Positions 52,236 through 62,878 are shown, counted from the first letter of the stretch. The stretch: DNA of 64,000 bases from an uncultured Rivularia sp. (GCA_963665115.1 OY762007.1:3264001-3328000), one strand, 5' to 3'. Notes: generated from the letters alone by a model not told the origin. Numbers and translations are program-made.

Positions 52236-52333
52236 AAAGTTGCCACTAACTTCTTGGAGGGGAATTTTTTAGGCACTGTTGGCATATTCCCCTCCTACAT
52301 AAATTGCTATTTGAAATTACGAAGGTTGAATAT

Positions 52334-52455
52334 CTTATACCAATTCTGTATGAGGCTGTGCTGAATCGCCCTCAGTCTGGAAGACTGGGGCTATCGAAAC
52401 AAAGCCCGTCTGCACGGGCTGAATTAGGGGCATCTTTATAAAGAAATGGTATTAG
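52334..52455. mobile_element. MITE-like element with imperfect terminal inverted repeats
   Basis: CTTATACCAATTCT.. / ..AGAAATGGTATTAG (19/25 match); internal hairpins CAGTCT/AGACTG and AGCCCG/CGGGCT. Confidence 0.6.
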
Positions 52456-52614
52456 AAGCTTGTACAGAAGGAATAAGAACTTTAGGTAGGTTATAGCTAT
52501 AGTCTAAAAGATTCTTTTCTAATAACTGTTATTTTTAAAATAATGGCTATTTGTTGCGGCGAATTCACTATTGTATCCAGCCGCAACGAATGCCTAAACA
52601 ATCAAAAAAAACAA

Positions 52615-52962
52615 CTATCCGGCAAGAGTCTCAGTTAAATTCCAGTGACGGCAATCCTCAATTACTTGCTTCATAACTTCAAAAACTTGTCGGCAATGAT
52701 TATCAACTTGGAGTGGTAGCTCCTCATTTTTAAACACCAAATTCATTTTGGTTTCTGTTTCAGTTGCCGTGCTTTTATCAATTAGTACCTCTATGGTGAC
52801 AAATTTTGAGAAAGGAACGCTACCAGGAACCTCTCGCGCCAGAATATAATCGGATGTATAATATTGCACATCTAAATTACATTCTTGCAAAAGCTCTATA
52901 AACAGCGGTTGCAGATGGTCTATGGGAAGAGAAACAATATATGAACAGGTATAGCGAGCCAT
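52615..52962 (-). CDS. conserved cyanobacterial hypothetical protein
   Basis: MARYTCS..DYILARE.PG.V.FSK.VT.EVLID..KNEELPLQ..NHC. Confidence 0.75.
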   Translation of the reverse strand: MARYTCSYIVSLPIDHLQPLFIELLQECNLDVQYYTSDYILAREVPGSVPFSKFVTIEVLIDKSTATETETKMNLVFKNEELPLQVDNHCRQVFEVMKQVIEDCRHWNLTETLAG

Positions 52963-53077
52963 AGTAGCCCCACGCCTTATAATAATTTGTCCATCCTATA
53001 ATACCTAACTAGGCAAAATCTAAGTAAATAGAATTCATTCACAGGTAAAATAGTGGTTTGGTGCAGGAAAAAAAAAG

Positions 53078-53998
53078 ATGAAAGTCGCAATTACTGGAGC
53101 AACGGGATTTGTCGGTAGTCGTTTGGTAGAAAGACTGCTTCATCATGGTACGAAAATACTGGTACTAACCCGCGATACCGAACGCGCTCGAAAGGTTTTC
53201 CCAACTAATGCTTATCCTGATGTGGAAATTACTGCTTATACGCCAACAGATTCAGGTTCTTGGCAAAATGATATAGCTAGTTGTGAAGGTATAGTTAATC
53301 TCGCAGGGGCACCTATTAGCGAAGGACGTTGGACAACTGAACGCAAACAGGAAATTCTTAATAGTCGTAAGTTAACTACGCAAAAAATTGTTGAAGCTAT
53401 TACCAAAAGCTCAACGAAACCAAAGGTATTGGTAAATGCTTCTGCGATTGGTTATTACGGTACCAGTGAAACCGCCACTTTTAATGAAAACAGTTCCTCT
53501 GGTAGCGATTTTCTGGCTTTAGTTTGTCAAGATTGGGAAGCAGAAGCTCAGAAAGTTACAGATAGCAACGTGCGGTTGGTAATTTTGCGATTTGGAATTG
53601 TATTGGGAATGGGTGGTGCGCTCGGTAAAATGATTACCCCATTCAAGCTATTTGCAGGTGGTCCTATAGGTAGTGGCGAACAGTGGTTTTCGTGGATTCA
53701 CGTAGACGATATAGTCAGTTTAATCTTGCAAGCTCTAACTACACCAGAAATGTCAGGAATATATAATGCCACAGCGCCTCATCCCGTTCGCATGGCAGAA
53801 TTATCGACAACGATGGGTGAAGTGATGAATCGTCCTTCCTGGCTACCCGTTCCAGCTTTCGCAATTGAAGCAATGTTAGGCGATGGTGCCGTAGTTGTTT
53901 TAGAAGGTCAAAAAGTTTCACCTCAACGCACTTTAGCAAGTGGTTTTACATACAATTACTCTGAATTAAAGCCAGCTTTAGAAGAAATCCTCAAGTAA
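53078..53998 (+). CDS. TIGR01777 family NAD-dependent epimerase/oxidoreductase
   Basis: ITGATGFVG, VNLAG, ASAIGYYG, FLA.VC..WE, LRFGIVLG, GSG.QWFSWIH.DD. Confidence 0.92.
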   Translation: MKVAITGATGFVGSRLVERLLHHGTKILVLTRDTERARKVFPTNAYPDVEITAYTPTDSGSWQNDIASCEGIVNLAGAPISEGRWTTERKQEILNSRKLTTQKIVEAITKSSTKPKVLVNASAIGYYGTSETATFNENSSSGSDFLALVCQDWEAEAQKVTDSNVRLVILRFGIVLGMGGALGKMITPFKLFAGGPIGSGEQWFSWIHVDDIVSLILQALTTPEMSGIYNATAPHPVRMAELSTTMGEVMNRPSWLPVPAFAIEAMLGDGAVVVLEGQKVSPQRTLASGFTYNYSELKPALEEILK

Positions 53999-54083
53999 TT
54001 TTGGATTTTGGAAGGGAAAACTTTAGGTAATGATAATTTTGAATTTTGAATTAATTATTTTAAATTGTTTTAACCTAGTATAA

Positions 54084-54329
54084 TTACTGGCGAGCTTCTA
54101 ACTTACGGGAAATCCAGCTAATAATACCACTGAGAAGCGCACCAGCCATTAATACCCCTATTGCTGGAGTAAATAGGGGTTCCCATAGCTTGTACCATAA
54201 ATCCAAACCTAGCGGTATTCCAGTACTACGACCAATTACTGCTACAGCAAACCAGGCAAAGCCGATCAATACAAGAAAAACATCAGCGACTAAAACTGTA
54301 TTAAGTAAATTTAATAATTTATCTTTCAT
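54084..54329 (-). CDS. small conserved membrane protein
   Basis: MKDKLLN..LVADVFLV..W..LWEPLF.PAIG.LM; co-oriented with TPR/iscA. Confidence 0.75.
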   Translation of the reverse strand: MKDKLLNLLNTVLVADVFLVLIGFAWFAVAVIGRSTGIPLGLDLWYKLWEPLFTPAIGVLMAGALLSGIISWISRKLEARQ

Positions 54330-54418
54330 ATATCGAATACCGAATAGGGAATTGAGAAAAAGTATGAAAAATCTGTGGATTAACTCCACAGATAAAAGCA
54401 AATCTTGTTTTACTTCGA

Positions 54419-54835
54419 TTAGAATAGCCAGTTCTTAACTTTTTCCAAACTTTTCCAGTTTGGCTTTCTAGTTAAACCGTCTTCAATACTATTCTTGATT
54501 TCGTCTTGCCATTCTTCATTAACCATCATCAACTGTGAAGCAACCTCCACATGATCCCGCAAGCCTTTTTGACCTGTTTCCAGCATGGCTGTAGCCAGAT
54601 TCACCCTTGCTTGGGGATCTTGGGGGTTTAACTTTACAGCCTTTAGTGCAGCTTTAGAAGCAAGCTTTGGTTTGCTATCGAGCATATATAGCCAAGACAA
54701 ACAAGTCCACGCAGCACTGTTTTGAGGTGCGCGATCGCAAATGTCTTTGAAAACTGGAATCAATTCAGCGGCATCGGTTCCAGCTTTGTAACGTTCTAGA
54801 GCTTCATCAAATATAGATTCAACTGTTTGAGTCAT
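54419..54835 (-). CDS. tetratricopeptide repeat protein
   Basis: AAWTCLSWLYML..A.KA..KAVKLNPQDPQARVNLA TPR pattern. Confidence 0.82.
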   Translation of the reverse strand: MTQTVESIFDEALERYKAGTDAAELIPVFKDICDRAPQNSAAWTCLSWLYMLDSKPKLASKAALKAVKLNPQDPQARVNLATAMLETGQKGLRDHVEVASQLMMVNEEWQDEIKNSIEDGLTRKPNWKSLEKVKNWLF

Positions 54836-54862
54836 AGTTAAACAAAAATCATTCCTCTTCTC

Positions 54863-54913
54863 AAAAGTCCTTTGTATTTAATAACTATTTACGAAAAAAC
54901 ACAAAGGACTTTT
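54863..54913. other. inverted repeat between iscA and the TPR gene (processing/stabilising hairpin or terminator)
   Basis: AAAAGTCCTTTGT..ACAAAGGACTTTT arms. Confidence 0.55.
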
Positions 54914-54924
54914 ACCAATTTTCC

Positions 54925-55281
54925 TTAGACACCAAAGGATTTACCACAACCACAGGTGGTGTTAGCGTTGGGATTGGTAAACTGGAAACCTCCACCAATC
55001 AACGAATTGCTATAATCAAGCATCAAACCATAAAGATATAATAAACTTTTACGGTCGCAAACTATTTTAAAGCCATCGTAATCAAAGGTGTCGTCGTTCT
55101 CGTTAATTTTACCGGGTTCTTCAAAGTCCATCATGTAAGACATCCCTGAACAGCCACCTTGACGTACTCCTACCCGCAAACAAAGTTCTTTACCTTGTTG
55201 TTCTTGCAATAATTTAACTTGTTGCAATGCGGCTTCGCTTAGTAGAATTCCTTGCTTTTGAGTCTCAGTTGCTTGTGTCAT
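54925..55281 (-). CDS. iscA: A-type Fe-S carrier (HesB/IscA/SufA family)
   Basis: [28 protein letters not shown]. Confidence 0.9.
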   Translation of the reverse strand: MTQATETQKQGILLSEAALQQVKLLQEQQGKELCLRVGVRQGGCSGMSYMMDFEEPGKINENDDTFDYDGFKIVCDRKSLLYLYGLMLDYSNSLIGGGFQFTNPNANTTCGCGKSFGV

Positions 55282-55314
55282 CCGGTTTTATACTCCAATA
55301 ATATGGTTTAACCA

Positions 55315-55389
55315 TCGCGAATACGGCTCTAGCCCGTCAACTGTGAGCGGGAACTATAACAATTGTGTAGTTCCATCGACGGTTCGCAA
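55315..55389 (-). ncRNA. candidate structured cis-regulatory RNA in the iscA 5' leader
   Basis: three nested stems on the minus strand, two containing G-U pairs; TAGAAT -10 at 55419-55414. Confidence 0.45.
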
Positions 55390-55736
55390 TCGCCATTTTT
55401 TGTTCTTGTATTCATTCTAGCGACATTGACCGAGCTAATAGATGTTTAAATTCCGATTAAAAAGTGTTGTAAATCGAGAGTTTATGTAATCGTTTGATTT
55501 TTTCTCGAATTTATAAAGGGGGCAGATAGAATAATTATTGCAGTATCCCTATGTGTTTTTATTCTAAAATTGAAAAACTCGGCATATATTGTAACTATTT
55601 TTGGAGTTCGGCTTTTGGGGAAGGCAACGTCTTCAAGCTTTTTAACATGGGAGAATAATTATAAATTTTTACCATTACCTCCTTCTCCTAAAAATAAAAT
55701 TTGCACAGAATGCGCTCAAGTTAAAAAATCTACTCT

Positions 55737-57371
55737 ATGACAAGTTTAAGTCGCTCTACCATTCGTCGTTTGAAGAAATTACCCCAAATTCCTTCTGTAT
55801 GGGAAGGCGATCGCCGTCCATTTTCATCATCCACGAGCGGGGAAGATTCACAAGAGCAAAACGAATGCATTATCTGGGTTGACGCTCACGAGGGAGTTGT
55901 CCGCTCTATGGATGTTGTGAATTCCCAAGCTGGCCCAGAAGCGGTTGTTCGTACTTTGATGCGAGCAATAGAAAGTCCCCACAATCCAGCAAGACCAGCA
56001 CGTCCTCAGAAAATTGTAGTTCAAGATCGGGAAATTCAATTTTATTTACGCGGAGTATTGCAGGATGTGGATATTGTTATCGATCGCATACCTGAATTAC
56101 CGTTAATTGATGAGCTGTTTCGCGGTTTTTCAGAAGTTATTGACAATCAAATTCCCGATTTACCTCCGCAATACGCAAGTGTATTAAGAAATAAAGCTTT
56201 TGCTATTTGGAAATTAGCACCTTGGGAATTTTTAGAAGAACAGCAGATTTTATCGATAGAAATTAATAAATGGGATATTGGCACCCTGTATGCTTCAGTA
56301 ATGGGGATGCTAGGTATGGAGTATGGAATTTTACTTTACCGTTCTGAAGAATCTCTTAAGTTTTTTCGTGCCACAGTTTTACAAGAAGACTCTTCACAAG
56401 AGTATTTAGAAGAAGCTTTTCTCAAACAAGATTGTTTATTTTTAACTTTTGAACGTGCGACGAGTGGTGATGGAGAAGACGATATATTTACCGATTTAGC
56501 TGATTACCCGTTATCGGAAATCAATCCTACTTTTGGCAACATTCATCCTCTCGAAGGCGTGCGATCTATTTTATATGAAGAAGAAGCCCTCATTTCGTTA
56601 GTGGCTTATTCCGCTTTATATCGCTTTATTCGCGACCAACGTGTCAAATTAAACAATGGCTTATTTCCATTCTTGAGCCATCGCTATCGTATATCTTTAC
56701 CATCGTCTTTGGAATCAACAACCAAATCAGTATCAGTCAATGTCGCTACTCAAACGCAGTTAGCCTCAGAATTAGAGCAAATGTCAAGTTTTGAGGATGA
56801 TGATGAGGAGATGATGCTCGATGCCTCATCTGCAAGTCTTTCGCTACGGGATGATTTAATACCGCAAGATTCTTTCCTTAGTTTGGGGATAATTTCATGG
56901 GAAATGTCGGAATATTTACAGGAAAAATCTAGGTATCATAAAGTGGGTGAAGTCGCGCAAGCTGGTGAAGGTTTACCAGTAATATTGGTTCAAACTTCCC
57001 GCCCAAAGGCAAAAACGATAATTGAATGCATTGAAAAAGACGGTGGACTTAATGCAATTTGTTTTAACCCTGGTGCAGATCCTTTTAATAATACTCATTA
57101 CGACCTTGGTTTACTACAAACTCAAAATCAAGAACTATTCCTCTTTGGTGAATTTGAACATGACGATCCAGATCATGTAGAAGCGAGAAAAAAGTGGAAT
57201 CAGCGCTGTAAATATACTAAGGGATATTGCGGTCTAATTATTGCCAAAGGATTAACGGGGGCTTCTCGTGGTAATCCACAGTTACGGGACATGATGGCTT
57301 TATTCGAGGCACGCTATTTATCACCCAAGGAATTAGGTGTTGGTACGCTTCAACTGATGCCTCAGCTATAA
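55737..57371 (+). CDS. conserved cyanobacterial hypothetical protein (DUF6930-like)
   Basis: 544 aa; VWEGDRR, RPQKIVV.DREIQFYLRG, SVMGMLGMEYG, YCGLIIAKG.TG. Confidence 0.7.
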   Translation: MTSLSRSTIRRLKKLPQIPSVWEGDRRPFSSSTSGEDSQEQNECIIWVDAHEGVVRSMDVVNSQAGPEAVVRTLMRAIESPHNPARPARPQKIVVQDREIQFYLRGVLQDVDIVIDRIPELPLIDELFRGFSEVIDNQIPDLPPQYASVLRNKAFAIWKLAPWEFLEEQQILSIEINKWDIGTLYASVMGMLGMEYGILLYRSEESLKFFRATVLQEDSSQEYLEEAFLKQDCLFLTFERATSGDGEDDIFTDLADYPLSEINPTFGNIHPLEGVRSILYEEEALISLVAYSALYRFIRDQRVKLNNGLFPFLSHRYRISLPSSLESTTKSVSVNVATQTQLASELEQMSSFEDDDEEMMLDASSASLSLRDDLIPQDSFLSLGIISWEMSEYLQEKSRYHKVGEVAQAGEGLPVILVQTSRPKAKTIIECIEKDGGLNAICFNPGADPFNNTHYDLGLLQTQNQELFLFGEFEHDDPDHVEARKKWNQRCKYTKGYCGLIIAKGLTGASRGNPQLRDMMALFEARYLSPKELGVGTLQLMPQL

Positions 57372-57827
57372 TTCAATATCTCTCATCAAAGTTTTCAAAT
57401 ATTCGTAGAACTTCGGATCGTCTCCTTCAAAAATTTCCTTTCCCCCTCCAATGTAAGCCCTTGCAAGGTTATCCTTGGCGCAATTGAAATTTCCTAACTC
57501 AAATTGAGATTGTCCTAAGATTAAGTGAATATATGGATTTCCAATTGCATCTGGACAATGCATCGCTTGTTGAAGAACATCGCGTGCATTTTCATAGTCG
57601 CCTGACAACAAATAAGATTCTCCAATAGCGGTAAAAAGCCAAGTCGTTGCCTCATATACTTCTAAGGGATCTGGTGCTAGCTCTAGGGCTTCATAATAGC
57701 TATCAATTGCTTTTACAAACTCCTTCCGTTTTGCATAGTTATCTCCTTGTTTAGATAGTTCTAAAATTCTTGAGTAACTCAGATCGTCAATATCTGGATA
57801 AGATTGCCGATTATCTTCTATAGTCAT
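57366..57827 (-). CDS. tetratricopeptide repeat protein
   Basis: A...Y.EALEL.P, W..TAIGESY, GNPYIHL.LGQ..FELG..LARAY. Confidence 0.8.
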   Translation of the reverse strand: MTIEDNRQSYPDIDDLSYSRILELSKQGDNYAKRKEFVKAIDSYYEALELAPDPLEVYEATTWLFTAIGESYLLSGDYENARDVLQQAMHCPDAIGNPYIHLILGQSQFELGNFNCAKDNLARAYIGGGKEIFEGDDPKFYEYLKTLMRDIEL

Positions 57828-57928
57828 AAATTGTCCTACCTATTTTTCTCTGAAAAATTATTTTAATTATATTATTTGTTTGTTATGAAAAGCTCATAAT
57901 AGAGATGTCTAAAAAAAAATGAGATGCT

Positions 57929-57961
57929 AGAAGCCCGGTTTTTCAAAAAAGCCGGGTTTCT
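57929..57961. repeat. 33-bp palindromic dispersed repeat (copy of 7397-7429)
   Basis: AGAAGCCCGGTTTTTCAAAAAAGCCGGGTTTCT. Confidence 0.8.
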
Positions 57962-58506
57962 GTAATTTTAAAGAATGATTTAGGAATTCTATCAAAATAA
58001 ATTTGTCTGCACAATAATTTTAGAATATGAATTGTTATCAATATAAAAGTATTCTGTTGCCAAAAAAATTATGAAAAAGAATAAATTATTACTTTATTTC
58101 AGCAGAATTTATATGTACGCGACCGTAAGCAAGATATTTAAGATTGGTACCTGGATTGCAGTGATTATAATATCGTTATCCATGCGTGAATGTTGTTAAG
58201 TCAGATCAAATATTTTAGGTATTTAGTATCATCTAAAAAAATATCCTACTTTTATTTAATGTAAAGATTTTTTATCTATCTATAATAATGTCAGGCATAT
58301 AATCTTTATATTTTTGATCCCTAGCTTAAGTTTAAAGAGTTTACATAAGTATTGTAATTACTTCATAAAGAAAAATAAGAGCAAATATTTTTTATTTCAT
58401 TAAAGATTAAGTAAAGAGAAATTTGATTTAAAAAAAATAGATATACAATCGAGAAATCAGTAAATTGATTGTTTTATAGAAAATATGTTTATAAATATTT
58501 ATTTAT

Positions 58507-59643
58507 ATGTACAAATACTTAGAGAGTAATTCAAACTCATATAACAAGCCAATAAGTAATGGCACTATTGAATCATTGGGAATGCAATGGGCGAAAAAAT
58601 ATTTGCAGAACCTTAATGTTTATTTCCAAAATGGTGAATCTTCTGATACCCAATATTTAAATCAAGTAATGTCTCAAGCAGGACGAGAAATAACAGCGCA
58701 AAAACTAAAAAGATCGATGCAAAATGTTAGCCTACAAGCTTGGAACATAACTGAACAGGTGCTATCTAAGGAGGTAAAAACACATCGTATTAAACCTAAG
58801 ACGATAGAAGCGTGGGAAATTGCAGGAGATTCTTTCAAAATCTATGAAAAAGCAATAGAAAATTACACGAATTTTGCGCCACCGCCCAAGTCATTTATGG
58901 TAATTGAGTTGGCAGCTAAAGAGGAATCGCTATCGTCTAGTGTTCCTTTAAAATATACCGAACAGCTTGCTCCTAATCAGTTAACAAAAGCGATTAGTTC
59001 TCCTCTAGGAGCCTTAAGACGGAAATATACGCAACAAAATCCTAAAGTAATCGGCTTTGTAAGTATGCAGTTTCACTTCACTAGCCAGATGCTGTTGCAG
59101 TTACTTTCTCATAGCGAGCAAAAATTACTTAGCAATTACTTTAAGGTAATTGATGACCGCTTATATATACCGTTGCAGCCTGTCTACACCGCAGCGGCTA
59201 AACTTGATTGCGAATATTTAGCTTTGAGTGCCGTACAGCATCTATTACCTACTAGCACTCATATCACTAAAAGTATTACTCAAAAAGTCATTAAGCTATA
59301 TCTGACTTACCATTCCTATTCTGGTAACCTGAATCACAAAAAAGTGATTACTTCCAGTATCCGTGATGTGGAAATGTTTCCAGTCTACTTGTGGGTATGT
59401 GCTTTAGAAGGAAATGTTTATACCATTCAACAACAGGAATTATTCCCCTTATGTGTAATGCTTTATCCAATTTTAAAAGTAATTTGGGGAATAATTCTCC
59501 AAATGCTACATCTATTAGGAATTGCAATTAGCGAGCGCCTCAATACCAAACAAGCTAATACTTTAATGCCATATTTTCAAGATATGAAGGCATATGTTTT
59601 CTCAGCAAAGTATTTGGCGAAAATAATTATGGTGTGGAATTAA
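58507..59643 (+). CDS. cyanobacterial hypothetical protein
   Basis: 378-aa ORF; WAKKY, GFVSMQFH, FKVIDD, SSIRDVEMF..YLWVC.LE, ELFPLCVMLYP blocks. Confidence 0.65.
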   Translation: MYKYLESNSNSYNKPISNGTIESLGMQWAKKYLQNLNVYFQNGESSDTQYLNQVMSQAGREITAQKLKRSMQNVSLQAWNITEQVLSKEVKTHRIKPKTIEAWEIAGDSFKIYEKAIENYTNFAPPPKSFMVIELAAKEESLSSSVPLKYTEQLAPNQLTKAISSPLGALRRKYTQQNPKVIGFVSMQFHFTSQMLLQLLSHSEQKLLSNYFKVIDDRLYIPLQPVYTAAAKLDCEYLALSAVQHLLPTSTHITKSITQKVIKLYLTYHSYSGNLNHKKVITSSIRDVEMFPVYLWVCALEGNVYTIQQQELFPLCVMLYPILKVIWGIILQMLHLLGIAISERLNTKQANTLMPYFQDMKAYVFSAKYLAKIIMVWN

Positions 59644-59987
59644 ATGCTTATGACGAGAGAAAAAGTTATAAACCGTTATTTGCTTAACAGTAAATCTCTC
59701 AAATAAATTTATAAAATTTACTTCTATCGTCCAACTGTATGAAAGCTTAGTTTACTTTGCCTTAAGTCGTTAAGCAATCTACCTCAACGTTCGTCACCAA
59801 ACTAATTGATAATAAATGATGATATCGATATTCCGTTGCTTTCACGGACAATACAAGGACATTAAACTTTACTTCTTGTACTAGCAAAAATCCTTGTTTA
59901 CTTTTAGCAACTTTGATAGGATTATCGCTCTCATTATTTATTTGGATTCCTTTCATGATGTCAATATACAGCAGATAACACCACAAA

Positions 59988-60159
59988 ATGACCAATAAGA
60001 AATGGGCTGTAAAACGTATAACAGTAAATCTTGCGGCACAAGAAGCAGACAAACTGGAAAAATATTGCCAGCAAACTGGCAGGGCCTGCTACGGATGTAA
60101 TTAGAGAATTAATCCGAGGCTTATCAGTTTCGGTTGAAAGTAAAGATTTAGCAGGGTAA
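59988..60159 (+). CDS. CopG-like ribbon-helix-helix protein, 56 aa; +1 frameshift at G-run 60082-60084 (not in ORF track)
   Basis: corrected sequence MTNKKWAVKRITVNLAAQEADKLEKYCQQTGRPATDVIRELIRGLSVSVESKDLAG. Confidence 0.8.
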
Positions 60160-60330
60160 AAACTTATGTAGAAGATCGAAAATTAGAAAACCAGCAAATT
60201 TAAACCAGCAAATTTGTTAAAACCCAGAGCAAAATAAACAGTATTTTCTAGCCCGAAAGTTTTATAAAAGGCAAATTCGGGCACTAATTCAGTTACAATC
60301 TGTAAAAGATACTGAATATAGAAAAACGGA

Positions 60331-61770
60331 ATGCGTGTTGCAATCGTAGGTGCGGGACTAGCCGGTTTATCATGTGCTGTAGATTTAGCCGATGCCGGTT
60401 GTGAAATCCAGATTTTCGAGTCTCGCCCATTTATCGGTGGGAAAGTTGGTAGTTGGATTGACAAAGATGGCAATCATATGGAAATGGGGTTGCACGTATT
60501 TTTCGGGTGCTACTATCAACTATTTGATTTGATGAAAAAGGTGGGTGCATTTGAAAATCTACGTCCTAAAGAGCATATTCATAACTTTATAAACCGGGGT
60601 GGACGAACTGGTGCTTTAGACTTTCGTTTCCTTACTGGTGCCCCCTTCAATGGATTAAAAGCTTTCTTCACTACTTCTCAGCTGTCATTGCAGGATAAGC
60701 TCCAAAATTCTCTTGCATTGGCAACAAGCCCGGTTGTACGAGGTTTAGTTGACTTTGACGGTGCAATGAAAACTATCCGCGACTTAGATAAAGTTAGCTT
60801 CGCGGATTGGTTTCGCAGTCACGGTGGTAATAACGGAAGTATCGAACGGATGTGGAACCCCATTGCTTACGCTTTGGGTTTTATTGATTGTGAAAATATG
60901 TCAGCCCGCTGCATGCTGACAATATTCCAGCTATTTGCGGCAAGAACCGAAGCTTCACAATTACGGATGCTCGAAGGTTCTCCCCAAGAATATCTGCACC
61001 AGCCAATTTTGAATTATTTACAAGCTAGGGGAACCCAAATTCATACTCGTCGGCAAGTTCGACAAGTGAAATTTACAGAACAAGAAGGGATAACCACAGT
61101 AGATGGATTAGTAATTGCAAATGGCGATCGGGAAGAACTTATAAACGCCGATGCTTATATTGCAGCTTGTGACGTGCCTGGAATTACTCGTTTGTTACCT
61201 TCCCATTGGCGTAAATGGTCTGAGTTTGACAACATTTACAAATTAGATGCCGTACCTGTTGCGACAGTGCAGTTGCGCTTTGATGGTTGGGTAACAGAAA
61301 TGAAGGATGCTGAAAAACGCTCTTCATTACAGCAGGCTGCGGGTATCGACAATTTACTATATACTCCCGATGCGGACTTTTCTTGCTTTGCCGATTTGGC
61401 GTTAACTAGCCCTTCCGATTATTACCGCGAAGGAAGCGGTTCTTTAATGCAACTGGTACTAACACCAGGAGATCCTTTTATTAAGAAAAGTAACGAAGAA
61501 ATAGCCAAACACGTATTAGCCCAGGTACATGAATTGTTCCCTTCATCACGTGAGTTGAATATGACCTGGTATAGTGTCGTTAAACTTGCTCAATCCTTAT
61601 ATCGAGAAGCGCCGGGAATGGATGTTTATCGTCCATCGCAAAAAACCCCGGTAGAAAATTTCTTTCTTGCGGGTAGTTACACTCAGCAAGATTATATCGA
61701 TAGTATGGAAGGTGCAACAATTTCGGGAAGGCGTGCTGCAAAGGTTGTTTTGGAAACCGTGAAAAAATAA
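60331..61770 (+). CDS. zds: 9,9'-di-cis-zeta-carotene desaturase
   Basis: [50 protein letters not shown]. Confidence 0.95.
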   Translation: MRVAIVGAGLAGLSCAVDLADAGCEIQIFESRPFIGGKVGSWIDKDGNHMEMGLHVFFGCYYQLFDLMKKVGAFENLRPKEHIHNFINRGGRTGALDFRFLTGAPFNGLKAFFTTSQLSLQDKLQNSLALATSPVVRGLVDFDGAMKTIRDLDKVSFADWFRSHGGNNGSIERMWNPIAYALGFIDCENMSARCMLTIFQLFAARTEASQLRMLEGSPQEYLHQPILNYLQARGTQIHTRRQVRQVKFTEQEGITTVDGLVIANGDREELINADAYIAACDVPGITRLLPSHWRKWSEFDNIYKLDAVPVATVQLRFDGWVTEMKDAEKRSSLQQAAGIDNLLYTPDADFSCFADLALTSPSDYYREGSGSLMQLVLTPGDPFIKKSNEEIAKHVLAQVHELFPSSRELNMTWYSVVKLAQSLYREAPGMDVYRPSQKTPVENFFLAGSYTQQDYIDSMEGATISGRRAAKVVLETVKK

Positions 61771-61866
61771 ACAGGGAGTAGGGAGAAGAGGTGAAAATAA
61801 TAAAAAAACTATTTAGATATAAACGCTTAAAAGACGTGAAGCAAAAAACTAGGATAACAAAAAAGA

Positions 61867-62316
61867 ATGGCTAACTGGCTGGAGCATACCGTACAAGTAG
61901 AGGTAGACGCTCCTATAGATGTAGTATGGGGTATGTGGGCGGATTTAGAGCAAATGCCTCGCTGGATGAAATGGATTGATTCGGTAACCGTTCTTGAAGA
62001 CAATCCAGAATTATCCCTATGGAAATTAGATACTGGTGGATTTAACTTTAGTTGGCGATCGCGAATTCTTAAGGTAGTTGAGCATCAAATAATTCAATGG
62101 GAATCAGTTGATGGTTTACCGAATAGAGGAGCGATAAGATTTTACGACCGTCAAAATAGCAGTATTGTCAAATTAACTGTTGGTTACGCCATACCCGGTA
62201 TTATTGGTAAATTAATGGATAATCTATTTTTAGGACGAGTGGTAGAGTCAACCCTGCAAGAAAACTTGCAAAGGTTTAAGGAATACGCTCAAACTGGGGT
62301 TAGTCCTCTTGAATAG
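61867..62316 (+). CDS. SRPBCC (polyketide cyclase/dehydrase) family protein
   Basis: WLEHTVQVEV.API..VW..W.DLEQMPRWM, IQWESVDGLPNRGAIRF; typical neighbour of zds. Confidence 0.88.
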   Translation: MANWLEHTVQVEVDAPIDVVWGMWADLEQMPRWMKWIDSVTVLEDNPELSLWKLDTGGFNFSWRSRILKVVEHQIIQWESVDGLPNRGAIRFYDRQNSSIVKLTVGYAIPGIIGKLMDNLFLGRVVESTLQENLQRFKEYAQTGVSPLE

Positions 62317-62327
62317 CTAAAAGCCGA

Positions 62328-62567
62328 TTACCAAGTCGGATCGCTGAATATATTAATTGTCAATTCTTCTTTTCCTGCTGGTACGGAACTAATGCAAGCG
62401 CGGATAATGTCTCCATCTTTAACTTCTACCGTGCAAGCGTGGCACGAACCCATTAAACAACCCGTAGGAATCAACACTCCTGCTCTATCGGCGACATCGA
62501 GTAAAGCTTCCCCGACTTCGGCATCAATTTGAACGTCATCTGGTAAAAAGTTAACTTTAACACTCAT
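62328..62567 (-). CDS. 2Fe-2S ferredoxin-like protein
   Basis: GCLMGSCHAC..RAC cysteine pattern. Confidence 0.9.
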   Translation of the reverse strand: MSVKVNFLPDDVQIDAEVGEALLDVADRAGVLIPTGCLMGSCHACTVEVKDGDIIRACISSVPAGKEELTINIFSDPTW

Positions 62568-62574
62568 GTTTTTA

Positions 62575-62633
62575 TTGGTTGGTTGATAGTAGTTAGTTGT
62601 TAGTAGTTAGTGGTTAGTTGTTAGTTGTTAGTT
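62575..62633. repeat. STRR heptamer array (TAGTTGT/TAGTGGT); complementary CTAACCA array at 62843-62873
   Basis: directly visible tandem heptamers in inverted orientation. Confidence 0.75.
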
Positions 62634-62878
62634 GAACGAAAACAAAGTCTGATAAATCAGATTGGGTATAACTTATAGTCCGTTTTAAGGTACGCCGGTA
62701 TATCAGCCTTGAAATTGATTTCTCTGCGTTCACGCGGAGCGTGCGGGCTAGAAAGCCTCCGGCTTACAAGGTAGAAATGTGGGCTTAACGACAATGGTGC
62801 AAGATGTAAGTTTAACTGCCTTCGCGATGTATTACTTTAATTCTACTAACCACTAACCACTAACTACTAACCACATTC

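Noticed and set aside
62671..62811. Degenerate MITE-like composite repeat between the ferredoxin gene and cobQ
   Set aside because: Resembles cyanobacterial dispersed repeats, but there is no second copy or clear terminal inverted repeat in the window
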